A stretch of 63,304 bases of DNA, counting the filler, from Craspedostauros australis (taxonomy: Eukaryota): assembly GCA_030167865.1 (NCBI GenBank). It is 13 parts of 13 records of this genome, joined end to end, with 100 filler letters (N's around TTAATTAATTAA, not from the genome) between each part and the next. Parts side by side here need not be neighbours in the genome. Positions count along the whole stretch, not along the records: positions 35,867 to 38,709 come from JALAGF010005528.1; positions 38,810 to 42,606 come from JALAGF010005529.1; positions 42,707 to 49,897 come from JALAGF010005531.1; 10 more parts are not named here. One strand, 5' to 3'. Positions 35,867-49,150 of this stretch are shown here, one piece after another (position 1 is the first letter of the stretch; each line of letters begins with the position of its first letter). The notes below the pieces were generated by a model that saw only the letters and a program-made list of their open reading frames with translations, ran no database searches and was not told the origin of the DNA. A program made the position numbers and the translations under genes.

Positions 35867-38709
35867 TCAGTGCGTCGCGAAAGACGAGCGCTTTGCTCTC
35901 CACCGCGGTAGCACCCCACTTTCGCGTCTTTTTCTTCTTCTTTGGCGATTCGGCGGTGAACGGTTCCGTTCCTGACGTGTGCGTTGCGATGGTGCGGAAG
36001 CCCAGCGGGTTAATTTCCCAGTCTTCCCATTCGGCACACGGGACAAGAACGTCGTCTGTGACACCGGATGCCGCCACCAAATTGGCCTCGTCGTTTCCGA
36101 ACTTCACCTCGTGCGTTTGGCGTACCTTTTGGCCTTTCGCGCAGAAACGCTTCTTCGGCATGCCAGGGAAACTCACAACGCGCCCCTCGAGGCATTCTGC
36201 ATCCACCAAAACCGTGGTTGTTCCTGCAATGTTGCCAGCTTCCAATGCGTCAAAAAGTTGGTGTTCCGTCTTGATGTCGTTGTCCTCCAGCACGTAGGAT
36301 CGCAGTACAACAGTGATGTACGCAAAGTGCGTGTCAAGGCGGCCTTTTCCGGTTTGGGCTTCGGTGTAGATCCAGGCCGCGATCTTGGGGACATTTCGCN
36401 TTCCAAGGTTCTTGTTNAGCACNGANGTGATCAGNGGGATGTGCTCNTGGCTCGCNAAACAANACGCGTTNTCGGANTGGATGACNATTTCNGTGACNGA
36501 TGGAAGNANTTTTCTCACCTGTTGTTGCACAATTTCGAGAAGCCCGCCAACTTGGAGGGTGTCTTGAGTTGGCCTCCCCTTCACAATGATATCGATGAAG
36601 CGATAAGTGAATGTGCCATTGTGACATGTGATCACCATCGCACCCAACAGAGACATGCCCTTCTTGCCCCAGTATTCTTGTTGAGCTTCGCCCTGGCCAG
36701 NNNNNNNNNNNNNNNNNNNNNNNNNNNNNNNNNNNNNNNNNNNNNNNNNNGTTCTTGTTCAGCACTGATGTGATCAGTGGGATGTGCTCATGGCTCGCGA
36801 AACAAGACGCGTTATCGGATTGGATGACAATTTCAGTGACCGATGGAAGAATTTTTCTCACCTGTTGTTGCACAATTTCGAGAAGCCCGCCAACTTGGAG
36901 GGTGTCTTGAGTTGGCCTCCCCTTCACAATGATATCGATGAAGCGATAAGTGAATGTGTCATTGTGACATGTGATCACCATCGCACCCAACAGAGACATG
37001 CCCTTCTTGCCCCAGTATTCTTGTTGNNNNNNNNNNNNNNNNNNNNNNNNNNNNNNNNNNNNNNNNNNNNNNNNNNNNNNNNNNNNNNNNNNNNNNTTGT
37101 TGATATTTTTGAGGTACTGCTCAATTTGTCCGAATTGAACCTTGCTGCGCACTTTGTGTGCCATGTACCACAGTATTTCGTTGTTGAACCCCGGTGCGGC
37201 ATTGATCATTGACTCCAATTCTGTCGCGTGTTCTGCAAGATGATCCTCCATAAGCAACGTGACGAAAGGGACATATCGGTCATCCACAAAACGCATCACC
37301 CCTGCACAACGGTTACATACTCCAGTGTGCTGTTTGTCTGTGGGGGCGCAAGGCTGTTCGTTGTTGGCAGTGGTGGTGTCATTGGCAGCAGTATCTGTCA
37401 CAAAAGTGATGTCTGGAATATCAATTGTGATGGCTGGGGTGTCATTGGTGGCAGAAGCAATGTCGCTTGTTCGAGTGCTCTTCTTCCTGAGCTTGTGCTT
37501 GTTTGTACGTGTTCTGGTTGATTGGGATTGTTTCGTCGTTGTCTTCTTCTTCTGGTTGGGCGTGAGCGCGAATTGAGCCGAGTGCAGTGGGTCATCACAC
37601 TCCATCTGCATGTGTGATGCTGTGAATTCCCATTTGACGAAGACAACAAGAAGTTCCAATGAGTACAAAAGAGACTTGGCTGTGCGCAGATGCCGGGAAA
37701 TCACNTCATTCTCGTCCTCAGCGCCGTTTGTTGTGGGATACTTAGCCTTCAAAAGTGTGACNAGGCGCGAGATCGTGCGTTTGAGAGTNAGCATNGCCAG
37801 CAAGAAGTGGCTTTCGAAGGAAGACAGCCCTGTGTTCACTTTGCCACGTCGTGTTAGTAGCTGCGTCATCTCTTTGAATGCTGGTTCGCCCACTGGGTTA
37901 GTAGTCGTCGTCTTGTACATGTCGAATAGCGCCATGATGCTTTTTCCTCCACGATCGAAGACAGGAACGTTGTCGAATACGACTCCTTCCCACTCCACTG
38001 CGTGGCACAAGCCAGCCTTGTACGTGGTCGTAGTGCAGAGAAACGACACCACACCAGACAAAGCACATGCAGTCACACGGTATTGAAGAACTTTGGGAGG
38101 AATGGTTTCCCCATCGCTCAACATGTCATGGTACCGATGCAATGTGTTATGTTGGCTTTTAGTGATGGTTTGTCGATTGCTATGTACACGCACGCGTTCT
38201 TCCTCCGGCAATCCATTGACGTATCCAGTGAGAATGTCTGTGCATGTTGTTGGAGACGCAGACTGCGCGAGAACGGCTCTCGCGCAGAGGTGCATGAGCT
38301 TGCTCCCTCCAACACATATGCGGTACAGATTTGGTGCAAGTGTCGTTGGTGGCAGTGGCTGACCAGCTCGGACAAATTGCACCACCTCATGCATCTGGCA
38401 AGTCGGTGTTGGTTGCTTTGGGAGCAACACATCCCAGAGCGCAGAAGCAATTGGTGCCCACAGCCGTTTGATGTTGCTCCAGACTTGCCGATCGTGTTTT
38501 CCGCCGAGTACGAAGCCCGTCTTCGGCATAGAGTCGAACACTTTTGGAGATAGGCCCGACTTGACCAACCCCGCGACGCCGGCCAACGCATCGCGACGCC
38601 ATCCTCTCACCGTTTTCTTGATGATTCTGTTGCGGCCTGTTCGCTTCTTCCTGCGATCACGGCCATCCACGTAGTCGTCGTCGCTGTCAACATCAACTTG
38701 CTCGGAAGC
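35867..38709 (-). CDS. Nearly complete Sola3-like DDD transposase (composite of ORFs 36334-38670 and 35811-36656, gap-duplicated)
   Basis: EYWGKKGMSLLG, QSDNASCF, YTEAQTGKGRLDTHF match the pattern FGKRG.S / SDNAGCY / EPQ.GKG.CD that I associate with Sola3. Confidence 0.72.
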
Positions 38710-38809
38710 NNNNNNNNNNNNNNNNNNNNNNNNNNNNNNNNNNNNNNNNNNNNTTAATTAATTAANNNNNNNNNNNNNNNNNNNNNNNNNNNNNNNNNNN
38801 NNNNNNNNN

Positions 38810-39167
38810 CCACAACCACTGCTTCATGACTATCACCAACATGCGTCATGGCCTACACCACAGTGTATCTACATGTGCGGAGAGCAAGGCACTACTATGA
38901 TCATCAACCCTGAGCACTGAACCAAGTACATCAGTGCAGGGTCTCGCCAAGTTGTGTGACATCGTTTCTTCACCCTATTAACACCACAAGCTAACTCATA
39001 ATANNNNNNNNNNNNNNNNNNNNNNNNNNNNNNNNNNNNNNNNNNNNNNNNNNNNNNNNNNNNNNNNNNNNNNNNNNNCTCTTGAACTGCATCACACGGC
39101 TATCCCGAAGCTGGCAGATCCAAGAGACATCCTCCACCGATTCGCGCCAACTACGCCCGAATCCTAA
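38810..39167 (+). repeat. Partial copy of LTR-like family E
   Basis: Identical to 41620-41977, ending cgcccgaatcctaact. Confidence 0.85.
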
Positions 39168-41353
39168 CTGCACGTTTGATCCTTCTGAGTTGCTTGTTGA
39201 TGAACTCCATTTCTTTGTCATCGAGGTCAGCAAGTTCCTTGGTTACAGCTGTCAAAGCTCGGTTGTTGATCGGCCTCGCCATGGTGGCTGATGTTGTAAA
39301 GGTGATATGCTTGAAGGTAAACCACGACTCTTAATCTGTCAAAGTGCACAAGTAGCTACTGGAGACGTATTGGCCCATTGTTGCATGCCCTGGTCAGAGC
39401 TCTTGTTCTTTTATTGTGAGTTGTCCGAGGACAATCCCCAACCAGTACTTTGACTCATATGATTTGTAAAGAGGTAAACAGTACAGAGAAAGCTGTCACC
39501 TGCCATCATCACCATTGTTTCTCTCGCCAACACCACCTTCATTGCCATCACCATTGCCTTCCATGGCAGAATCATTCAGGTTGCTTTCCCCATAACCATC
39601 TTTGTTGCCATCACCACCATCATCCTTGACAACAGCATCGCTGTGGGTAGCACCACCACCTTCGTTGCCATGGCGGCGACCATAGCCACTGGCAATGCTA
39701 TCCTGGGCGTCATCATGGCTGTCTATGTCAATGCTGCCCCAATCAACACCACCGTCGCTGTCAGCATCATTGTGGCCATCGAATGCATGACGGATAACGC
39801 CATGTCCGTCATGAAAAAGGAGTAGTACCTTTGTGTGCAGTCTGGGGTGGCCATCGTCAAAAACGGAATGGTTGATGTAGATCTTCATCAACAAGTTGAA
39901 AACGCAGATGATAGTTGGATTGGATAGATTGCCCTGATTATTTTTGTCGATGGCATGGATGATACCAATGGAGGGGTTGTTGACAAACAGGATGGCGACG
40001 AGGAGCACGTAGCCTGTGACGAACAAGGCAATTCGCATGCACAAGAAGCTATAGGAGAAGCGAGACAACCAAGCGCAGAAACCAGAGAATAGCGCAATGA
40101 AATGCCCATCATGAAAACATCAAGATAGTGACGTTGCGATAGGAAGAAACGCTGACGAGGTGCATATCGCCAAAATATAACCGTAATTAACCGAAAAGAC
40201 ACCATCGAAAATATTAAGTCACGAACAACCAAGACCCATTTCCGAAATTTGAGGAGGAAAAATAACACGGCGTTGTGCGTGGTAGATAAGGGTGTATAAC
40301 TCTTGAAGCAAAGGTCGGATGAAGACCATTTTTATATGGATAAGATCGCACGGTGGTCTAGATTATGTTTTTATATGTCATGTTAAATTTTACGAAAATC
40401 TGAGTCACGACTAGGCGCGACTGCACCTTCGTTCACTCAAGTGGGTCCTATGTGTTTTGGCACACAACACGCAACATGTAGCCACCACAACTCATTCGGT
40501 GAAACAACAACACTCCTTGAAGTAGAGCACTGGAACATACACGGGGATCTTGATCGCTTCAACGCAATAACGCAAGCGATGAATCGGTGTCTGGGTCTGC
40601 ACCTTCCCAGCGAAAAGGAGAGAGAAAAAGCCTCACCAACTACTGGGGCGGAAGGGTCTTCAGTGATCGTCGCCTCCGTGATGCAAACACAATCAGGTCA
40701 CAGAAGCTCGGACAGAACGAGAGTTGAATGCGCTTTGCAGGATCAAACACGTTTCCGAATTCTGGCTGGGGCCTGCGTGGGCGGGAATGCGGTTTAGTGC
40801 TGAGAAATGTATCCTGGAGTAGAGTATCGCTTCTTGCGACTTGCTATACGTGATAGTTGAATTGGGTCTGTGCCTGTGCGAGCGTGGCCCTGGCATGAAC
40901 ACTCCAACATTGATACATTTTATAGCACAGTGCAGCTACACCGCTCAACAATCATGAACGTGCTGTCCTGGCTCTGCCGCCGCGAGCGAAGGGTTCCTGT
41001 TCTTCAGATCAGGAGAAATCTCACTGGGGATGTCCCGAGCGAGATTTTGGGCCTTCTTGCGACAAATTTGACAGTCAACATCGACGTGACACAGTTGTAG
41101 CGGCCCCAGAACTTGGGTACTGGGACACGCCGGGCTGACTGAATGCCAGGGGGAGCCCCGCAATAGAGACTCGTCTGGGCACAATAGAGACAACCACTTT
41201 CGTGAGGATTAGGGTCTTTGCAATGCCCATGTGTCGTAACTATTCGCTTTCTTCCTTTCCTGTTTCCCGCGCTGTTTCATCAAACTGAGTTGAGATTCAA
41301 TAAGGGACAGACTATCACCGGACACGGTATCCACCTCCCATGGTAGCAATCCT

Positions 41354-41977
41354 TGTTTTGGCGCGAAATCTTCCGACTTGATTGACCACCAAATCTTTCT
41401 CTCCTCCTTTCTCTCTTCCACTCACGAATCCATCATGACTCATGACATGACCGACCTGACTCACATCTCACCTTGGGAACTATATGCTCTTCAGATCCTT
41501 TCACTACAACATACTTCGATTCCCTCCATGCCAATGACTACTACATCACTGTCGTAGTCCTGGTGCGTATATCCAACCTGCTTCAACTCAAGCAAAGGAA
41601 TCCGAGTGCGAACTCCAACCACAACCACTGCTTCATGACTATCACCAACATGCGTCATGGCCTACACCACAGTGTATCTACATGTGCGGAGAGCAAGGCA
41701 CTNNNNNNNNNNNNNNNNNNNAGCACTGAACCAAGTACATCAGTGCAGGGTCTCGCCAAGTTGTGTGACATCGTTTCTTCACCCTATTAACACCACAAGC
41801 TAACTCATAATAAACACAGACAAGGATTAGCTACAAAGCACTCATCTATTCATCGTTACAGTAACAACTCTTCAATCAATACATCCCTCTTGAACTGCAT
41901 CACACGGCTATCCCGAAGCTGGCAGATCCAAGAGACATCCTCCACCGATTCGCGCCAACTACGCCCGAATCCTAACT
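41354..41977. repeat. LTR-like family E (TGTT...AACT), about 620 bp
   Basis: Starts tgttttggcgcgaaa; collinear with 45952-46633 (gggaactat.tgctct, agcactgaacc, cactcatcta, ctggcag); no TSD seen. Confidence 0.65.
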
Positions 41978-42706
41978 TGAAACATACAAATCAGCTGTTT
42001 AACCTCACCCGAACGATGGGGATCATCCAAGAGATGGATGATTGGTTGGATTCCCTGGTGGAACCGTAGGAANNNNNNNNNNNNNNNNNNNNNNNNNNNN
42101 NNNNNNNNNNNNNNNNNNNNNNTGGGGATCATCCAAGAGATGGATGATTGGTTGGATTCCCTGGTGGAACCGTAGGAATAAACAATAACCACATGCAAGA
42201 AACTACAATGCTTTAGAATAGCAACAACAACAAGCACTGTTCAATCTATTTGTCACTGTAATTGCTGGAAACAAACTGCAGTTGGCTGCACCAACCGAGA
42301 ACGTATCCCAGGACGAACCAAGGTGATAATCAGCAATTCAATACAGGACAGGCACCAAACACTGCACTTACTCCTCCGCCAGGGTGATCAATCCGTCAGG
42401 TGAAGCCGGTGTGTTTGGTGATAGTTGTTGCTAAGTTATGGTTGTATCAATTGATGATTGTGTTTGGATAATGAGATGATGATCTCCTATTTCTAATGAT
42501 GGTGCCTATTGCACGGTTGCTAACGTGCTGCTTGATTACCTCGTGTTGTATCTCGCAGTCTTTCCTAAAACATTGCCCAAGATGGCATGTTGATTTACAC
42601 GATATCNNNNNNNNNNNNNNNNNNNNNNNNNNNNNNNNNNNNNNNNNNNNTTAATTAATTAANNNNNNNNNNNNNNNNNNNNNNNNNNNNNNNNNNNNNN
42701 NNNNNN

Positions 42707-45291
42707 GTCGATCACAAGAAGCCAGTATTTGCCCCTTCCCAGGCTGTGTGTCTGAACACTCGATGTATCCATGAACAATCGATCCCCGACTCCTTTCGCT
42801 CGTTGTTGAGTCGCTTTCGACATCGGTCTCTGCCGCGATTTCCCAATCGCGCAGTCAACACACACGTTCAGTTTTCCTGTCACGTTCCAGCCGTACCTCC
42901 CTGCTGTTCGAGAGATGGTGTACGCGTCAACGTGACCTAACTTTTTATGAATTGTGTTGATGTCGACTGGTGCNNNNNNNNNNNNNCCAACATGAGCTTG
43001 GTCGTCGGCCTTGGCGTTGCTCACCATGTTCACTCCGCACACGAAACCGCTCTGGGTTGCCATGATGCGGTCGAAGCTGATGCGCACGCTGCCTTTCTTC
43101 AGGTTCATCACGATGCCGCGGTTGCTAATATCGAAACCATTCTCGAGAGCTTTGTTAATGCTCAGTAAGTTCACCCACAGCTTCGGCACGTACTTCACTG
43201 ACTTGAGCACAACGATGGATGTCTTTCCATGCTTCTGCATGACGGTCATGCGCTTGTCCCCGACCTTGGTTGCCTTGAGGAAGCGTCCGCTTCCGATCTT
43301 CACGTCCTGATCGGAGACGCGAACGTTGGTCATTCCTTCGTCGCTGTTGGTGAGGTGGCATGATGCGCCCGAATCCCCCAACCAGGTGTTGGTCTCGTAG
43401 TTGTCCGGTGCGACGGAGGTGCGCCTTGCGCTGACGTTGTCAGTGTTGCCGACCATCATGGCTATCTCGTGTTGGTCTGTGCGTTCAGAGTAGATTGGTA
43501 GCACCCAGTGCTCCGGCTTTGGGAGTCTGACTCCGCAGTCACTTTGGTGATGGGTCCAACTGATGGAGTTCGCGGCATGATGGGTCATGCGCGTAATCAG
43601 ATCGCTGGGGAGGGGGTCGAAGCGGCGAGACTCCAAACTGTTGTTGATGTTGCACGGGTTGCGACACACACTCAATGTGGTGATCATCCCGATCTCGTGT
43701 AGCTTGAAGTACACCGTGCGCGCCTCGATCAGTGGAATGCGATCCCCACTGTGAGTAGCTACAGCGTCGTAGCACAACAGGGCGAGTTCGTTTCGCACCT
43801 CATTGGCTTGGAGAACGTTGCTCAACGATGCTCGCACTGCATTGCGGAGGGAGCCAGCTCTTTCGAGTCTGGTGCGTCGCTCCGCGCGCTCTTCATCGTT
43901 GGTCGGCACATGGCCACTCGGCTCATTGTGGAGCTGGATGAAGAAAGGAACTTGGGGGCGTTCCACGCACCATGCGTAGAGTGGTCCTCTCTTGAGGCAC
44001 AAAGGGCACCAAGCCGTGTTGGTGATGAGCCCTGTCGAGTTCCCGATCATTCGGTCCACACGAGAGAGCTCTGGGGCGAAGTTGAAGATAGGGCGACGTG
44101 CCGCTTCTTCTCGGTTGGCATCGCCCATGTCGTCATCCACGTCTTCGGTGTCGGTGGCCCCTTCGTTGGTGAGGCTTGCGTCGTAGTAGGATTCTTGTCC
44201 TTGGTTGGAGTTGCTCATCTTGTTGTTGACGTTGTGTGGTCTCAAGGAAACAATGGGAGATGTGTCAGTCTGTTCGACGATGGCTGCAAAGGCGACGTCC
44301 TCCATTACGTTGGAGTCGGATTGATTGTTGCTTCCGATGTCGCGTGTTTTCGCCTCGCCTGTGTTCACAGATAAGTTGGTCACATTTTCCAATTCGTTCG
44401 TGTTTCCCAAGGTGGGCACACAAATTAACTCATCTGTCATCATAAGAGCCACGTCGTTATTTCCCTCCATCCCATCAGTCGCCACATTAGCCGAGTCTGC
44501 CTCTTTCATGGCTGCCTTCAGCTTGAAGCACTGTAGGATCTTGTGTCCCTTCTTACCGCAGTACTTANNNNNNNNNNNNNNNNNNNNNNNNNNNNNNNNN
44601 NNNNNNNNNNNNNNNNNNNNNNNNNNNNNNNNNNCTTTCTTGGGGGCGGAGCGGCAGTCTGCCTTCTTGTGGCCGTAGGCGCCACAGTTGCGGCAGTGAC
44701 CTTTGAAGCCTCCTACTGCAGCGAATGCAGTCTCTTCCTTGTTACTGTTGCTTTCACCTCTGTTGCCGCCGAGCTTGAGGTGTCGGCCGTCGTAGGTGGC
44801 ACTGACAGCCTCGCGGATGTCCTCGAGGGTCATGGTATCTTCCATACCGTCGAACTTGAGCTCCAAGAGCTTGACGTCCGTCTCGTATTCCCTTCCGAGG
44901 GCGTTGAGTACGAGCATGTGGTACTGTTGCATATCCATCTTGATGCCGGTACTACCGAGGCGATTACGCAGCACTTCCATCTCAGTTAGGAACGTGTCTG
45001 GGTGCTCACCTTTCTTCAACCGCATTCCATTGAGTTGAGCCAGCAACTTTGCCTTGATAGGCGCGGTACGTTGCTCGTAGATGCGCTCAAGGGCCTTCCA
45101 CGCCTTGCGTGGGTCTCCACTCTCAGTGGGCCCGCCCTTGGTTCCCACCACAGCCATGAAGGCGACATTGCCTTCCGTAGTTTCATGGTTGATCGCCATG
45201 GCCAGTTCTTCAAACGTGCACTTAGCCAGCCCATTCTTGTATGCCTCCTTCTCCTCAGCGATCATCAAGGCTATCTTCTTTGCGATAGACT
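42707..45291 (-). mobile_element. Ty1/copia gag-pol fragment in a single frame (ORF 42659-45268), related to 6194-9172
   Basis: Copia Gag (AWKAL...PDTFLTEME.LR), CRNCGAYGHKKADC, WLGDSGASCHLT, HKKLGH...CVDCAIGK, LFMDTSS. Confidence 0.93.
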
Positions 45292-45951
45292 CGAATGATT
45301 CTGGCCTGCTTGCGTGCTCAGGACCCGAAGTGAAGCACTCTCAGGCACACAGATGACAGTCTTCTATTGCTTATCTGTTGTTGGTGTATTGCTGATACAC
45401 TCCTTGTTGNNNNNNNNNNNNNNNNNNNNNNNNNNNNNNNNNNNNNNNNNNNNNNNNNNGTCAAACCCCAACCAGGTGAAGATCTGGGTCAGTGTGATCG
45501 CCATGCTGTGTGGTGGTCAGCCGGTACTGCCGCTGCTGGACACTCTCACTTGGATGATCAATCCGTGAGTCCGTTGAGCTCCCAAGTGACCTGACTTCTG
45601 CGAGCCGTCGCTCCTGCCGTCACTGGTTCCAAATNNNNNNNNNNNNNNNNNNNNNNNNNNNNNNNNNNNNNNNNNNNNNNNNNNNNNNNNNNNNNNNNNN
45701 NNNNNNNNNNNNNNNNNNNNNNNNNNNNNNNNNNNNNNNNNNNNNTGTTGGTGTATTGCTGATACACTCCTTGTTGTGAACCAGATTGTGACCGCATGCC
45801 ATGAATCCAACAAAGACACATGCTCTGTTCGTTTTTTTCCCTTTGTGTTGTTTCAGCCACAAACACTCCGCCTCGGTTGCTTATGACTGTACGGTCACAG
45901 AATCATTGACCAATACGAGCTACGCGACTCGTTTGACCCTATAACTTGCTC
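45292..45951 (-). repeat. Rearranged pieces of the leader and gag start of the element at 49998-50997
   Basis: Near-identical to parts of 50478-50997; ends gaccct.aaacttgctc-like in both. Confidence 0.85.
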
Positions 45952-46633
45952 TGTTTTGGCGCGAAATTTTGGCGCGAAACCTCCCACCAACAAATACGGA
46001 ACAATCACTCTTTTCCCTCCTCCCACACTCAATCATGAATCACCACTGACTCAAACACTATCCGAAGTCAATGGGATCAAGACACCCTGGGAACTATGTG
46101 CTCTCCTGAACTATTGTAATGCAGCCAACCTGAATTCCATTGTCAGCTATACAAGCTGACAACCCTGCACGACAATAGCCAAGAGATCCTCCCTGCTTCA
46201 ACACATGCAGGGAATCTTACATCAATTCCCTTGGCCTGACAACCTGTGTTCTCGATCTCAACCTCAATCAAGGTGTCAAGGCTTGTACTCAAACGTAGAA
46301 CGACTACGATGAGATACTGGAGAAAGAGAGGAAGAGAGGACCCGTCCGCCCTCAGCACTGAACCTCTGAAGGTCAGTGCAGAGCCGCACCATTCAGACTG
46401 ACTATAGTTTCTTCATCCTGCATCTCAAACTGATCAACTCACAATGCAGACTATTCAAATAACAAATAGAACAACTCAAGATCAGCAATACAACACTCAT
46501 CTACTTCATTGTCACATACTACTAATCTCCAGACGGTCGCCCCAAGTTGACTTCATCATCAGATTCCTCGAATCTGGCAGTCAGCTAGGCCATCCCTTCC
46601 GGATCGTGTCACAACAGCACATGAAATCCAACT
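45952..46633. repeat. LTR-like family E, diverged copy with tandem TTTGGCGCGAAA
   Basis: Starts tgttttggcgcgaaattttggcgcgaaa and ends gaaatccaact. Confidence 0.65.
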
Positions 46634-47174
46634 CTCTCTCTCAACATCGTGTGCTCGTACTACACGATACTCCGTGTTCAATGCGTACTCCGCATTCGAC
46701 ACTCTGTTCATTCAGTACTGGCTCCTACTCCATGAGTACTTACCATTTGAAGTTCACCTTCAGTATCCATGATCTTCATGGGTCATCGGATCTTTGCCTC
46801 CTGCTCTGACTTGGAGACAGATGTCAACGTGGTGACATGATGACATCCTGTCAACATCAGTAGGCGTCCTTCTGCTCTCCAGATGTCATGTTCCATTGGT
46901 GATGCAGCAGCCTGTCAGATGATATCATCATCTGAGGTTTAGTTGGGAAGTACCTTGAGATTCTCTTGGTACCATTGATGGATGGACGGACGATCTTCCA
47001 ATTCTCTCAGAAATCGTCATTTGCAAATTTCCTCCAGAAATCTTGCTCCTTTTCGTGTGTTCCATTTCCCCTGTAATTCTGAGGAATCATAGCATACTAT
47101 CGACACGAATGTAGTTATACCGTCCAAGTGCGTATGAGAGAATAGCGGGTGAACGATGCACATATACACGTACA
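46634..47174 (+). repeat. Partial LTR family A, from the (CT)n tract onward
   Basis: High similarity to about 56075-56618. Confidence 0.9.
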
Positions 47175-47224
47175 NNNNNNNNNNNNNNNNNNNNNNNNNN
47201 NNNNNNNNNNNNNNNNNNNNNNNN

Positions 47225-48351
47225 TCTACACAGAAGCCCAAACAGGCAAAGGGCGAATCGACACTCACTTTGCCTACATCACTATCGTACTACGATCCTA
47301 CGTACAAAGCGGCGGCAAAATTCAAACCGAACGCGAAATCTTCGACGCGATGCGAATGGGAAATATCAGAGGTACTACCACTGTCTTGGTTGATGCATCA
47401 GGTTTGGAAGGTCGCTGTGTGACGCACAAGACAAATGCACGCATCAGGTTCCGCGCGAAGGGCATGACTGTACGATCAACGCACGAGGTGCAACACGGAA
47501 ACGGCTACGCAGACTTGCTTGTGGCATCAAATGTCACTGATCCAGTGCGTGTGGAAGAAGCGGAATGGGAAGACTATGACATCATGAATTTCGAGGTTCC
47601 CATCATCAACGAACACCAATCGACGCAACAACCACTCACAGCAATATCACCGCGGAAGCAGAAAAAGACCCTCAGGTTCGCGAAGAGTGCCACCGAAAGC
47701 AAGGCGCTGACGTACCTCGAAGCGATCAACATGGCAGCCTTGGAGACGCCTGACATAAGTAGTGTGCTGCAGGACACCACAGCAGCAACAGAACACCCAC
47801 GATTGGCTGAGCCTGGTTGGGCTGCGAAAGCCCTGCGACGCAACGAGCCCATTCGCCCATACCTGGTGGAAGTGTTGGAGGAGGTGTGCAGAGTGGCACG
47901 CGCGGACCCGAAGAACAGACCAACCGAGTACGAGGCATACAGGCGGTGCATGCAGACGACCGAAATGAAGACTGACTGGTATGCACGGGTGCACGTGAAC
48001 CCAATGCGAGTGAAGCAGTACATGTCCGCGTCCTACCAACGCACGAAACCGAAGGCCGCGAACACTAGTACCCCGGAAACCACGATCAACAAAAACGCGA
48101 CAAACAAAACAATCACCCCACCACCGACGAACGCGAACAGCACCCACACAGAGATCGTGCCTGCACAGCACACAACAGCAGATGAGGAGGAAATCGCGCT
48201 GCAACAAGAAGAAAACGAAGCATCGGAGCAAATTGTGTGCGAGACACAAACAATGAAGGAGAATACGGAATCTCCGGAGTTGGTGGAACAAAATGTGAGG
48301 ACACAATTGCTTCAGCGAGTCAGAACCGCAATGGAGGGACTAAAAAAATAG
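47225..48351 (+). CDS. C-terminal part of a Sola3-like transposase
   Basis: YTEAQTGKGRIDTHFAYITIVLRSYV, IRGTTTVLVDA, ESKAL, PGWAAK, KTDWY...NPMRVK; open to the stop at 48351. Confidence 0.72.
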
Positions 48352-48596
48352 AGTTAGCCCCAAATTGACATCGACAATCCTTCTTTTGGCAATCCAAATG
48401 AAGGCACCAAGACACTGAATCTGGCTGTTGTGCGCTAGTCGTGTCTAGATGAGCGCGAAATCGATGGGTCCATAAAACTTAAAATAAGACATTAAAGCAA
48501 AATCGGCGTCCACAGTGCATCTTATATTTTTATCTAGTTTATGAATATGTGGGTGGCTTGGTCGAAAGCCCCATATGTTGCCACCATCCCAGGACG

Positions 48597-48625
48597 GACT
48601 GCAGGTCCCGTCACTCAAGTGGGTC
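48597..48625 (+). mobile_element. Candidate terminal motif GACTGCA-N8-CACTCAAGTGGGTC; second copy at 40419-40447
   Basis: Same two blocks at the same spacing at both sites; this copy ends 274 bp after the transposase stop. Confidence 0.55.
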
Positions 48626-48959
48626 ACAAGCGCCAATAACCTGTTCGCGCCTGTCCGTCGATACGAAAGAATGAGCGCTGGCCACGAACGTGTCGAACAC
48701 CAGCAAGACACGGGAATTTCGCCGAAAGTGCATTGAAACCACGTACCCAAGACTTCCACCAGTCCGGTCCCGTTCGCAACGATGTCGAAACTCCAAAGAG
48801 TCGGACGAGGACACCANNNNNNNNNNNNNNNNNNNNNNNNNNNNNNNNNNNNNNNNNNNNNNNNNNACGTACCCAAGACTTCCACCAGTCCGGTCCCGTT
48901 CGCAACGATGTCGAAACTCCAAAGAGTCGGACGAGGACACCAGGTGAGTGGGATAGGAC

Positions 48960-49150
48960 GTTAAATAGACGTTACAAACGTTATTTGCGATATTGCTACT
49001 TTCATCGAAGTGGTATTACTTTCATCGAAGTCCTGTTACTTTCATCGAAGTGGTATTACTTTCATCGAAGTGCTATTACTTTCATCGAAGTGCTATTACT
49101 TTCATCGAATGGTTGCGACCATCATTGGCACGTGCGTACTTTCATCGAAA
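48960..49150 (+). repeat. Element terminus GTTAAATAGACGTTA plus 20-bp array (core tactttcatcgaa): 6 tandem units and 1 in-phase unit
   Basis: Cores at 48997, 49017, 49037, 49057, 49077, 49097 and 49137; revcomp ttcgatgaaagta versus ttcaatgaaagta at 22171. Confidence 0.9.

Noticed and set aside
39496..40068. 190-aa ORF with a D/G-rich tail
   Set aside because: Derived from degenerate ccatca/ttg repeats in CpG-decayed DNA; no domain signal
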